A DNA stretch of 64,000 bases from Octopus bimaculoides (lineage: Eukaryota), in the NCBI RefSeq assembly GCF_001194135.2, contig NC_068985.1, forward strand, positions 94,052,547 to 94,116,546, given 5' to 3'. Below the pieces are notes generated by a model. The model saw only the letters and a list, made by a program, of their open reading frames with translations. It was not told the DNA's origin and ran no database searches. Position numbers and translations under genes: made by a program. Numbering within the stretch: the stretch's first letter is position 1; every line of letters starts with the position of its first letter. Positions 41,045 to 53,619 of the stretch are shown one piece after another.

Positions 41045-41782
41045 GGATCTATTTTAAAACGGGGGCCACAGTATTTTCTTAACGAAACACTTTGAAACTT
41101 GGAACACTGGTAGAATGTGTCATATAAAACATCTTTTTCTCTTAGTCTTCTTAAAAAAAAAGAAATCCCTAAGTTATTCCATGTTAAAGTTGTCGTATTT
41201 CTGTAATTTCAACCAATCACTAACGTCCATTCAGCCGATATACATTAAGTGCCGACTACATAAAGAAACGATTCTGAAACAATTCTATCGGTGATAAAAT
41301 TATTATTTCCTTGTCAAAAAATGGCTGAAGCATATTGGCAGTAGCTAATAAACCTTTCTATTATAGGCTAACCCTAACCCTAACCCTAACCTTAACCCTA
41401 GAGTTAGGGTTAGGGTTAGGGTTAGGGTAAAACAGCAAATTTAAAAAGAAAAAAGCAAATAAAACGAAGAAGAAAAAAAAGAAAATGAAAAAAGCAAATT
41501 TAAAATGAAAAAAGCAAATAAAACGAAGCTATGGAGATTAAATACGCTTTACACCGCTTAATCAGCCAAAGGAGTAAATATAAACAACTGAATACTTGTC
41601 AGTGATTGGTTGAAATTATCGAAATAAGACAATTTTTTACATGAAATAAATTGGAATACAAAAATGTTTTTCTGTTCTATAACACAAAATAGATAGGAAT
41701 ACGAAGTTTGAAAGTCTTTCGGTGCCAAAAACACTACGTAAAACATTAATGAAAACTGTGACCCCCGTTTTAAAATAGATTC
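41045..41782. mobile_element. Foldback/MITE DNA transposon with imperfect inverted arms of about 190 bp and a TSD
   Basis: Ends GGATCTATTTTAAAACGGGGG / GAATCTATTTTAAAACGGGGG. Inner inverted match aatttcaaccaatcact / agtgattggttgaaatt. TCCACACTAC is repeated at 41035-41044 and 41781-41790, giving an 8-bp TSD CACACTAC if the TIRs are symmetric. Confidence 0.88.
41368..41428. repeat. Inverted telomeric repeats (CCCTAA)n-GAG-(TTAGGG)n
   Basis: Direct reading. Confidence 0.95.
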
Positions 41783-42014
41783 CACACTACTGCTACTTGA
41801 AATCTTTATGCATTTGCTCAACCAGCTAGAAATAATAGCTACCTCCAGCTGAAATGAAATCCTTGTTACTCATGAAACAAGCAAGCGTATGCGATGTAGT
41901 CATAAAACACGACATGGTTCCGGTTTTACAGTTGAAACACGTTTTATCATAGATCTCGATCTGGACAATATCTGGGGTTTAAATAACAACACATACTATA
42001 TCGAAAACTAGAGC

Positions 42015-42037
42015 TGGTGCTGCTGCTACTACTACTT

Positions 42038-42076
<39 letters not shown>

Positions 42077-42077
42077 T
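42015..42077. repeat. (CTG)n-(CTA)n microsatellite
   Basis: Direct reading. Confidence 0.9.
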
Positions 42078-42849
42078 GCCGCACGATATTCAACAGTAAC
42101 TAACTGAGACCACTACCAAGTGTTTCAACATGAGTTGTTTAAACGGAATGCAATTTACTGCTAGAAAACAATACGCCTAACAAATTTATATAAATGCATG
42201 GAATTTCCCAATACGCCCTTTATATATTCGTTTTATATATTTTCATCAGTTCAATCATTCATGGAAATAATACATTCTTCCTCTCCTGATGTTGCTTTCA
42301 CATATGTACCAAGTATTTCAAAAGTGTCGTTATTTCGTTATTCTTTTATCTATTTCTAAAAACAAAGTTACAGACTCGTTCGCATTAACTTCCCTGCTGT
42401 AGCGATTTTGCTTCAAGCTATAATAGCAATGATATCTGAATCGATAAAGCCATTGAGTGCATTTATTCAGTTTTAACTTAAAATAACTGAACTCAGAGGA
42501 AAGTAAACTTTTGATAATAGCCGAACTTCAATAAAGTACATTATTTCGAAATGAGGACAGAAGGATTCTTCTGTAACTAATCAACAGAAATATAGCATCG
42601 ATTTAATGCAAAAAAAGGGAAGATGATATACAACCGGTTCTTACATTTGTATATAACTAAATAACGATAGGGAAGGCGGGAGTGATGTTACATTAATACA
42701 ATACTTGAAAGAGAATTATTTTGTATACTTCGGAAGAATCCAATGTCGATAACGGCTACATAGAGGTAAGCGAGGATGTAGCGTCATTTAACATAACACA
42801 CACACTACGTGACTGATATTCTTTACAAAATAACTTGATATATTGCTTT

Positions 42850-43033
42850 AAATTTTATCACAAGACCAGCAATTTAGAGAGAGGGTCAATCGGCTACAAC
42901 GACAACAGTGCTCGACTGGTACTTTTTTATTGACTCCGTAACGTTGAATGGTGAAGTTATCTTGGCAGAATTTGAAGTCAGGTTATGAAAACAGACAACA
43001 TCAAGTATTATGCATCAGGTGCTAACGATTCTG
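42850..43033 (-). mobile_element. Degenerate family M SINE
   Basis: cacaagaccagcaattt...ctcgactggtactt...ggcagaatttgaagtcag...gctaacgattctg. Confidence 0.65.
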
Positions 43034-44930
43034 TCTTATTTTTATTAAATATATCTGACATGCGTTTTCGAATGTGAACAAGATTTCGTGCAAGGGAATC
43101 CAGTTTTTTCCCCATATTAGACAACAGACCCTATTTTGCGTTCTGCCAGTCAAACTTTAACCAGAAGGATAAACTTACTTTGTAATATTTTCACCCAGCT
43201 ACTTGCTACGATCCTTGATGTGTTCTAGAGTTAGATATTACTAACAAGTCATTCATTTGCACATCTACAAGACCTATTTCCGCCTTTTCTTGTTTTCTAC
43301 TCACAACTAAACCGATAAAAGTTCCTTAAAACTACTTCATGGTCTGCACATATTCCAAAAGAACTGGAAATTTGGAAACTTACCAAAGGGAACGTCCATG
43401 TCTAATAAACCATGCATTCAAACGAAATGACAAAAATAAGTCACATTAATGCTATCCTAGCTACAGATTCTACACTTTTTACACAGATATTGGTATCTAT
43501 CCGAGGCAATGAAAAACGATATTACATATGTATAATTTGTAATTTTATATAGCAAACATATATTTACAGAATGTTGCTGGAGTAACTATTTATGTTCCAT
43601 TTAACAAAAAAGACTTAGATATACTACATGACTAGCTGAAGATGATATCGTATAAGCAAAATCGGAAATATTATATGTTATTCTGAGATTCATCAATTCA
43701 GTATCATCGTTTATTGATATTGAACAAATTTGATCAATGCAGCACATATTTATCGTTATATCTAATGATATACTGATAGCTGAGGAAACTAGATTTTCGC
43801 ATGTCTGTTAGAATAACTGATATTATGAGTATGCAGAAACACGAAGTATAACTGTATGAATGTAGAATAGGCCATCGTGGATATATTTATTGTTTAAACG
43901 TGCAATGATTTACTGACGTTGCTGGAATAAGATTAATAATTTGTGTAATTCCGTCGGATATTCTTGTTTTGTCGCAATATATTCCACGAACGTATGTTTC
44001 GCAATGTTTCGTATCACTTATCTGCAACAATATTGAGCAGTTCTCATTCTCAATAACTAAGCTTATTTGAAGATGTAAGAAATCAACTAAATAGAGAGAA
44101 TCCGTGGTTAATTCTGTTGAAACGATGGGAGATATCGACACAACTTTCTGTTATTCGGAATTTATTGTTGAAGATAAGCAGTAAAGTTAACACGACATTA
44201 TTCTGAAAATATAGATTCAGTTTCATCGTTTGCGCGCACACACACGTCAAACACAGAAACAAACACACAAATACACATATACATATATATATATTAATAA
44301 ATGTACATACGTAAATATATACATACATATATATATATATANNNNNNNNNNNNNNNNNNNNNNNNNNNNNNNNNNNNNNNNNNNNNNNNNNNNNNNNNNN
44401 NNNNNNNNNNNNNNNNNNNNNNNNNNNNNNNNNNNNNNNNNNNNNNNNNNNNNNNNNNNNNNNNNNNNNNNNNNNNNNNNNNNNNNNNNNNNNNNNNNNN
44501 NNNNNNNNNNNNNNNNNNNNNNNNNNNNNNNNNNNNNNNNNNNNNNNNNNNNNNNNNNNNNNNNNNNNNNNNNNNNNNNNNNNNNNNNNNNNNNNNNNNN
44601 NNNNNNNNNNNNNNNNNNNNNNNNNNNNNNNNNNNNNNNNNNNNNNNNNNNNNNNNNNNNNNNNNNNNNNNNNNNNNNNNNNNNNNNNNNNNNNNNNNNN
44701 NNNNNNNNNNNNNNNNNNNNNNNNNNNNNNNNNNNNNNNNNNNNNNNNNNNNNNNNNNNNNNNNNNNNNNNNNNNNNNNNNNNNNNNNNNNNNNNNNNNN
44801 NNNNNNNNNNNNNNNNNNNNNNNNNNNNNNNNNNNNNNNNNNNNNNNNNNNNNNNNNNNNTGGCTATCTTGCAACTCAATGGTATATATGGGCTGGGGTA
44901 AAAAATGGTTTACTCTTGATTTATACGGGG

Positions 44931-45776
44931 AATAAGAAAGTAGAGAGGGTACAAAAAGGGCATACATCAGCCGGTAAACATTCCAGTATGTCTATTTAAG
45001 ATGAATGCAAACTCATTTATTAGTAGTATAGCGTATCAACTATAAACATGTGGTGATTGCAAGAACAAGGGTATGGAAGCATATAAGCATATAGGAACAG
45101 GTGAGCAGATTGTCAGTGGGTGTTAGTTCCTTACTGTCCTTTCTGCTAAGAGGCAACGGTTGTCTGCTAAGAGGCAAAGGTTCAGGTTGTCTCAAGCACT
45201 TCAGTGTTATATAGGGATGAACAGGTAAGACTTGGCTAATGAATGTGCCTCTAGGCTTCTTCAGAGGGTCTAAGTGGTTGGGAGGGTTAACGCATATAAA
45301 AACAGTTAATAATAGCTCATAATAATAGCTACAGTGTGTTTGTCGTTTTTAAAAAGAGTAGAAAAAGAATAAGAGTAAGAACAAGAACAAACATGAGGAT
45401 GTGAGTGAAATACATCTTTGTATATTAAGATATACTTCATTATCCAAGTCTTATCTTCTCATCCCTACATAAAACACTGAAGTGATGGAGACAACCTGAA
45501 CGATTTCGTTGCCTCTTAGCAGAAACGGCCGTAAGGAACCAACACCTACGGACAATCTGCTCATTTGCTCATGTACTCATTCAGTCACCTGTTCCTATAT
45601 GATTATATGCTTCCACACCCTTGTTCTTGCAATTACCGATGCTTGATATTTGATATGCTGTACGAATAATAAATGAGTTTGTTCTCTTCTAATACATTCT
45701 AATAAATTGGAATAAATAGACATACTGGAATGTTTACCGGCTGATCTCCATTTTGTATCCTCTCCACTTTCTTATT
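44931..45776. repeat. Long inverted repeat: arms 44931-45246 and 45433-45776, spacer about 186 bp
   Basis: Perfect 32-bp inverted match atcagccggtaaacattccagtatgtctattt, plus further colinear matches (ttgcaagaacaaggg, tctgctaagaggcaacg, ttcaggttgtctc, taagacttgg). Confidence 0.88.
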
Positions 45777-46336
45777 TGTTATACACATATACATATATAC
45801 ATATATATATGTGTGTGTGTGTATGTGTGTGTGTGCGCGCGAGTAAATATATATATGTCGTCAGAAATGATAGAGATATTAATTTCTAACTTTGACAAAA
45901 GATGACAAAAAGTGATAATGAAGCGAATCAGTTTTATCACATAAGATGACGTTAATGGCATTGACCATTAGAAAATCTATATATTGGTCACTGAAAAAAG
46001 GAACTGCGAATAATAACTGTGAGCCGTCTGCAGTTTTATTCGAGAAAGCAGAACTGGAAATGAAAGATTCGCTTCATTAAAGGGAAGTTGTATATTTTGT
46101 TAGGTTTGAAAATTAGTGTACAGTCCTCTAGAATATTCGAAAGCAAATATTCTTTAGGAATTCCGTTCTTATTAGAATATATTAGTTAAAATCATTTATG
46201 AAATATATGTACACACACACACATACACAAGCACAAATATATGCATGAATGCTTACATATCTATATGTGTTTAGGTGTTTGCTTGTGTATATGTCTGTGT
46301 GTATGTATGTTATTTCCATTTTTATGCGTAAACGTA

Positions 46337-46381
<45 letters not shown>

Positions 46382-46383
<2 letters not shown>

Positions 46384-46581
46384 TATCAAACGGACAGCAG
46401 AACTCGAGGCAATTCAGAGGCATTATACAAACAAGATCGCCACAGTCCAGCAGATGAACTACAGGGAGCGACTGCAGGCACTAGGTCTCTACTCCCTGGA
46501 ACACAGGCGGGAGAGATATGTAATAATATACATATGGAAAATACTGGAGGTACTAGTGCCGAACGTTGGCATTAAGTGCTA
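46382..46581 (+). mobile_element. CR1/L2-group LINE ORF2 C-terminal fragment, truncated by a gap
   Basis: ELEAIQRHYTNKI...NYRERLQALGLYSLEHRRERYVIIYIWKIL matches the LE.VQR...Y.ERL..L.L.SLE.RR motif. Confidence 0.88.
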
Positions 46582-47974
46582 NNNNNNNNNNNNNNNNNNN
46601 NNNNNNNNNNNNNNNNNNNNNNNNNNNNNNNNNNNNNNNNNNNNNNNNNNNNNNNNNNNNNNNNNNNNNNNNNNNNNNNNNNNNNNNNNNNNNNNNNNNN
46701 NNNNNNNNNNNNNNNNNNNNNNNNNNNNNNNNNNNNNNNNNNNNNNNNNNNNNNNNNNNNNNNNNNNNNNNNNNNNNNNNNNNNNNNNNNNNNNNNNNNN
46801 NNNNNNNNNNNNNNNNNNNNNNNNNNNNNNNNNNNNNNNNNNNNNNNNNNNNNNNNNNNNNNNNNNNNNNNNNNNNNNNNNNNNNNNNNNNNNNNNNNNN
46901 NNNNNNNNNNNNNNNNNNNNNNNNNNNNNNNNNNNNNNNNNNNNNNNNNNNNNNNNNNNNNNNNNNNNNNNNNNNNNNNNNNNNNNNNNNNNNNNNNNNN
47001 NNNNNNNNNNNNNNNNNNNNNNNNNNNNNNNNNNNNNNNNNNNNNNNNNNNNNNNNNNNTATATATATATATATATATGCATAGGCTCTTCTGAATATTA
47101 TATAGAACTAAACCTGAGAAAGAAGAATGTCACAAAAGCAAACAACGTTTACATTCATCTCACCAAATAAAATTGGGGATACATTTTCTAGAGTCTGGAC
47201 TTCATTCTCTTATAAAAGCAGAAACCTGTTAATTTAGGACACAAGCGACGAAGAAAGACGATCGAATTTTACCTCCCTTGTTTCGATAATGTCATAAGCG
47301 ATATACGTACAACAATAACAATACCGACGCCAAAATACGGCAGTCTCACAACAAACCTGGGGAGACATTTTCTGGAATCAGAAAACCTTCCTCTTTTGAA
47401 AATAGAATTCTATCACATTAAATCAAAATCGATAAAAGATTACAAACCAAAGTTATATTGCTTGTCTTCGAAAAGTCATAAACGAAATATCTTCTTATTC
47501 ATTAATCAACACATGGTTTCAGATATGAGAAAATTACCAAAATTTGTGGTTGAAGATCAGCTTAAACCGGATCCTGGTCAGTTAAAGATGATTTATTTTC
47601 TTCCAGTGCAAATCCTCTTTTAGTCACAAAATACACAAAAAATGTATACATTAAAATCCGTTGGGATACAAAAGACTGGAAAAATCGAAGTGGCACGTTA
47701 TCCATTATTTTACCTTCTTTCCTTGTCCCTTGTGTTACATCTGTCAAACTTACTTCACGATAGCCGCTCCATTATATTTCGAGTTAAACTTTATGAAAAG
47801 ATTCATTCTGTGAAAACGTAGTTTTATATTGTTTATTTTCATATGTATACATACGTAGAATAAAACAATTTTCCCCGCATGTTAAAACATTAAACTCGGT
47901 TGAATTACACAAAAAATAATGGTGTATATAAAAATTGACGTATTTCAAATCTTTCCAAAGTATTTTTCCTTTTA

Positions 47975-48015
<41 letters not shown>

Positions 48016-48621
48016 GAAATATATTTCGTAGACACACATACACAGAGACAGACTCACATAGGTACATGCATACATACATAAACACACACACATATTTATA
48101 AAGGAATAGAGGTAATAGAAAGAAAGATGTAGTGAGGGAGAGAGAATGATGAACGGATAAATAAGTTTCATATATGACGAGGAAATCTTAGTATGTTAAT
48201 GCATATCCTAAGTATAATGGCTCTTGCATCTAATTTACGTTGTCAAATAGTGAAATCTCCTGCGGAAAATGTGTGCAGCACCATTAATGTGGAGCAAATG
48301 TTTTAAAAGTTATTATGACAACGGTTCGGTTTCTAAACACCTACTTTTGCAATTTCGGAAACATTCTTTACAACATTGTATCCTTGAGATACCATACCAT
48401 AGTTGCATGTCTATGTATGTAAATGTCTTTATTCAAAGTTATTCAAAGTATGTTAAGTGTGTGTGTATATATGTATGTANNNNNNNNNNNNNNNNNNNNN
48501 NNNNNNNNNNNNNNNNNNNNNNNNNNNNNNNNNNNNNNNNNNNNNNNNNNNNNNNNNNNNNNNNNNNNNNNNNNNNNNNNNNNNNNNNNNNNNNNNNNNN
48601 NNNNNNNNNNNNNNNNNNNNN

Positions 48622-48656
<35 letters not shown>

Positions 48657-50171
48657 TTGGTTATATTGTACAGTGTTTAAACATATTTCTTATTTGTGAA
48701 TTCAAAATCCTTTTGGATGTCATAGCTTCCTATAACAGGAAATGGTTTTAGGATGAGATATTCTGTCAGACAGTAGCTTTATTAATACATCCATTATCAC
48801 AAGATTGGTGTTTATTTTTGTCTGAGTCACGTTATGGACTACCAATAGCTGTCATTCATTCATTGACTTACATTAAAATCGTATTAACTCCCATCATGAA
48901 TGACAAGATTATAACACTTATGATCTTTAAGTGTTATATAAAAGTTATATTGAGCGTCAAATGATCTTATAAACATTTTGGAAAAGTGACTCCAGCTAAG
49001 TATAAAGCAATGTATATATCGACACTGCTTGTTATGATATAGAAACTACGTCACATCTGTTTCTCTTTTCAATTTTCACTCCAGTCACTTTTATCTACGA
49101 CTTCAATGAGAATTAACCTTCATAGCAGTAAAGAGATATGCTGTTTTGTTATGAATTCGTTCTCCACATACTCGATGGAAACTTTGTATACTTCAGAATA
49201 TGAAATTCCTTCACGATATTCGATACGGATATTCCTTCATTTAAAACCCAACTGAATACGGAGACTGCATTTCTTATTCTAGTTGTTGGTATGATTTCAA
49301 TCCACCTCAGAATCTCTGTGTTTATTACTAAATGATCAGATTATAATTTACAGCTGTTTGTTACAAGATAACAACATTACTGATGGCTTTGATCACTCAT
49401 CTCCTTTGAAAGTACTTTCTTTGTTCTTATCAATATCTAACACAAATGCTTATTCAGTTCTAAACATTAGAGATAATCTTGCTGAATGCTTTTATTTTGT
49501 CGTAAATGTTAAAGAGAAAAAGGAGAAAAAAATGTAAAGCATTTTCTAATTGAACGTTATTTTATTCATCATATGGCGATCAGCGTATTGAATAACTCTC
49601 ACTCCAGTATGGCGGATATATCTAAATGCTTCTAATGATAGAAAATATTTATCAAAGAACACAACTACTTTCAGCTGAATGTTAGTGCAAATCTATTGTC
49701 ATAAAATTATTACAAAGTTGAACAAAAGAGCGAAGTCTTATAGGAGGAAGGCAGAAGAGGAAAAAAATCCTGCTTAGTTGCTTAGTGCCAAAAGTTCTGC
49801 AAAATATAGCGGATAATATCTCTTAGAAAAGAATGTTTTCTCTTTGAAGTATCATAAGTGATGTAGTAAATTTATTACGGAAGTATATATATTACTCAAT
49901 GATCGTTCGCTTAATCTTAAAAAGGCTAAAAGAGCTATTTCATATGAACAATGTAAGATAATGATGAAGTGAAATAGCATCTTGACTAAATTCTGCGAAT
50001 TGGTATACTGGCGTAAGGAAAATCGAGAATTGTGAAGTGAACATAGCTTGTATGCTCATATATGTGTAGAGGCCAGTAAATAAGTAATGAGACGTTTTCT
50101 GGTGGTAAAAAACAATGAGTGCAAGTTATTTAGAAGGTTTTCTGTCACTCCCAAGTACAGATGTCGTTTAA

Positions 50172-50385
50172 TATTGCTTTCAAATTTTGGCACTAGCCCG
50201 GCAATTTTGGGTGTGGGTATTAGTTGATTACATCGATGCCAGTATTCAATGGTATATATTTTATTAACTCCTAAAAGATAAAAGGCGAAGTCGATCTTGG
50301 CGTAATGTCCACTTAGAACGCAAAGACTTTCAAAATGCCGCATAGCATTTTGCCCGGCATGGTTAACGATTCTGTCATCTCACTG
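50172..50385 (-). mobile_element. Family M SINE
   Basis: ttcaaattttggcac tail; gcattttgcccggcatggttaacgattctg head. Confidence 0.75.
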
Positions 50386-50740
50386 ATTTACTCAGAACAT
50401 TAATAGTATTTTTTTAAAATTTTTATATGGATACACATGCATTTAATGAGGTGAATTATAAGAAAACTGCGCATTCTGTTCTTAGCTGTAACGCATATTT
50501 TCTATCTTCTAATATGAAATATTAAAACTTAAATATTCAGAATAAAAGTGATAGTATGTATGTTCTAAATTGTAGGACATTGTTTTCCATCTAACTGCAT
50601 CTTTTCAAAGGAACAAACACTACTCATTGCACTTTTTCTGGTGCATATTAATTAACACTTCACCAAAAATTACTGCTGCTAGTTGAAAGTGCAATGTGAT
50701 ATCAGTTTAATTAAAATCATTATATAACCGCAGACATCAT

Positions 50741-50920
50741 TGTGTGGTAAGATGTTTACCACATCCCTACGCATTCAATCCCACAGTGTTTACGTCCCTG
50801 CAACGTAGCGGTTCGGCAAATGTGACCGATAGAATAAGTACTAGCATAGAACGTAACGGCAGACGAAATACCGCTAGCATCTCGCCCGGCGTGCTAACGT
50901 TTCTGCCAGCTCGCCGCCTT
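50741..50920. mobile_element. Chimeric SINE: family C pieces (+) fused to a family M head (-)
   Basis: C mid-region gtgtttacgtcc...gatagaataagtactag (50786-50845) is joined directly to a well-preserved M head (50848-50920). Confidence 0.75.
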
Positions 50921-52185
50921 ACACGTAAAACGCATTAATAAAATAATGAGAGGAAGCTTGACGAAATGACAGAGTATAAGAGAAATAAGGTAAAACAATT
51001 AGAAAAATACCTAAACCCGCTCCTGTATAACAAATGCTGTTGCTTACATTTCGCCTACCTAAGACAGTATCTATAATTATGTATAGATATCCATTTCACA
51101 AAATTATCGTCTTTATCAGTGTGGCAAATTAAGACATTGTACGATCGTTATGTCAGTTTATATTGCTGGTTTAAATTCAGACAACATCTGTCCCAAGTTG
51201 AAACCAATTCCAGTTTGCATTGAACTTCTTGCAAGTTGGAAGACAGAAGCTAATTAATTACAGATTCTTCTAGAAATCTACTACGACTGTTGTCACATAC
51301 ATTGTGTTGTTAACCCCCAAAACTGTCTGTAATCTTTGGCATTGTTCTTCATACTGAACGCTCTATGAATGACATTGCTGAACATTGTTTTAACTGTCAA
51401 TAATTTCGCCAACAGATTATCTAATTCATGTTTAAAGAAAGAAAACTTATATTTCGAATCATTTAAACAATTTACAGTTATGAATATTAGCGACACTAGA
51501 ATTTTGACACTCAAAATTCGTCTTATCCATAGAAGAGAATTTGTCGTGAAGCTTCAAAGAGATATAATTGGTTAGAATTTCTTTTTTACTCAAACCTCGT
51601 TAGATAATGTTTTACGATCAACAATGTAAATATTTCTTTTTTTAAAGTGAATCACTAAACTAATACATATTGCCATCTCGATTACATCCGATACAGACAA
51701 CCCACCGCACACTTAAAAACACCTATATGACAAGGAGGTGTACATGGTAGTGCAACAGAAGTTCGCTTGAAAGAAAAATAACGCAAAAATAATAATTGTG
51801 TTTGTAATTATAATAATAAATATTATTTAATTGCATAATTATCATCAGTATTATCTAATTATGAATGTTATTATCTAATTAGAACACCATGAATTACATA
51901 TTAAATTTGTTTGCTCGATTCTTGTTGTCATTTACAATGCAATACATTTTTTTAAAATTGTTAGAAAAATTTCATGAGATAATTTTGTTCTCAAGCTAAA
52001 AAAATACTCATATTTATATTTAAAGAAAAATAGAGAAATCCCCTTGGTAACAAAAGTACACATTGCCTTCATTATCTAGTTGTTTTACGTCATTTAGTAA
52101 ATTGCTATAATTAAAACTCAATTCCAAAGTGTTTTAAATCTTGGTAGTTTGTCAACAAATGTTTATCAAAACAATGCACAATGAT

Positions 52186-52324
52186 ATTTACATTATTTAC
52201 ATTTATCGGATATTCGTCCTCATCTTGTTTATTGATTACACAACGTTTCGGCTGACATACCCTCCAGCCTTCATCAGGTGTCTTGGGGAAATTTCGAACC
52301 TCGATTCCTAAGGTAATTCCCCGA

Positions 52325-52362
<38 letters not shown>

Positions 52363-52433
52363 TCACTGCCTGGAATCGAACTCGGAATATTGGGGTTAGT
52401 AGCCCGCGCTCTTAACCACTACGCCATATGCCC
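52186..52433 (-). mobile_element. tRNA-headed SINE-like element carrying a hammerhead ribozyme
   Basis: Minus strand: A box TGGCGTAGTGG (52426-52416), B box GAGTTCGATTCC (52383-52372), (AAT)n, linker, hammerhead, then a repeated AATGTAAAT tail. Confidence 0.85.
52238..52281 (-). ncRNA. Minimal type I hammerhead ribozyme
   Basis: ACAC-CTGATGAA-GGCTG-GAGGGTATGT-CAGCC-GAAACGTT-GTGT: stem I ACAC/GTGT, intact CUGAUGA and GAAA core, stem II GGCTG/CAGCC, palindromic stem III, GUU triplet. Confidence 0.8.
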
Positions 52434-52789
52434 GTGGCATAGTAGTTAATACTTCGTGACTGATAACAGTATATCTTTAAAGACGAAACGGAGGTATTAT
52501 CGAAATAAAATGGCTTGGGAGTTGTGATAACCCTACTTGGGGAGTTGAAAAAGCAGATACAATTCCTATACTTACAAGGGCCCTTGAAAGGATAAAAAGA
52601 TTTGTTGAAAAATACGAAAACTGTTGGAGTATACATTATGCTTGTCATTTTGATAATTGTGGACATATTGCAGCAGTTTCATTCCAAGAAAAGCAACCAT
52701 TAAACTAAACATTGTACACATCCATGCTAAACGTGCTCTCGAAAGAGCAATAAAGGCATTAAATAAGGATTAGTTTAGTGAAAACCTGC

Positions 52790-52938
52790 TTCAAATTTTG
52801 GCCACAATCTGACAGTTTACGGAGAGTGACGACACCAGCCCCACTTCTCAATAGATACTGATGTTATTGAACTCAGATCGTAGAGTACCGGAAGAAGTAA
52901 TACTCAGGATTTTTCCGAGGCGCTAACGATTCAGCCTG
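52790..52938 (-). mobile_element. Degenerate family M SINE
   Basis: ttcaaattttggccac tail; ttgaactcag B box; gcgctaacgattc head. Confidence 0.55.
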
Positions 52939-53004
52939 CAGGCTTTTTCTCTGGTGATGAAAAGAGCCTGTCCTATACCTTCTAGCCTACAGAACGATGA
53001 TCCT

Positions 53005-53217
53005 CTCTAATTTTGCCTCAAGGCCAGAGATTTATAGGAGGGGAGCAAAAGATTTCATCCATCCTAGTACTCAAATGGTACTCATTTTATCGACCCCTGA
53101 AGGATGAAAAGTGAGGTCAATTTCCTTGGTGTTTGAAACCTAAACGAAATGAGGCGGGCGGAATTCCAGTAAGCATTTTGCCCGACATGTTAAGGATTCG
53201 GCCAGTTCGCCGCTTAG
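53005..53217 (-). mobile_element. Family M SINE
   Basis: ggtactcattttatcgacccctgaaggatgaaaag core; gcattttgcccgac...gccagttcgccgc head. Confidence 0.8.
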
Positions 53218-53344
53218 GGCCAAGAAATAAAAGTAACATTAGTTTCTTAGATAATTCTTGTACAAAAATGAGTCGCCTTTAAAACTATCAAAATATCATA
53301 AGGACAAGATATACTTTTTTAATGATGTGATGCATATCATGCCT

Positions 53345-53506
53345 AGGCGTAGACGTGGTTATGTACTAAGAAGCCTGCTTCCCAAACCACATGGTTCCGG
53401 GTTCAATCCCAATGCGTAGCACCTTGGGCAAGTGTCTTCTACTATAGCCTCGGGCCGACCAAATCTTTGTAAGTGGATCTGGTAGACGGAAACTGAAAGA
53501 AGCCCG

Positions 53507-53563
<57 letters not shown>

Positions 53564-53573
53564 NNNNNNNNNN

Positions 53574-53619
<46 letters not shown>

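Noticed and set aside
41368-41428. Chromosome fusion scar or true telomere
   Set aside because: The orientation is CCCTAA then TTAGGG (opposite to a fusion), the tract is short, and it sits inside a TSD-flanked element.
52361-52433. tRNA gene (anticodon-loop-like CTACTAA)
   Set aside because: No proper acceptor stem or T terminator, and it runs into a SINE body; treated as a SINE head.
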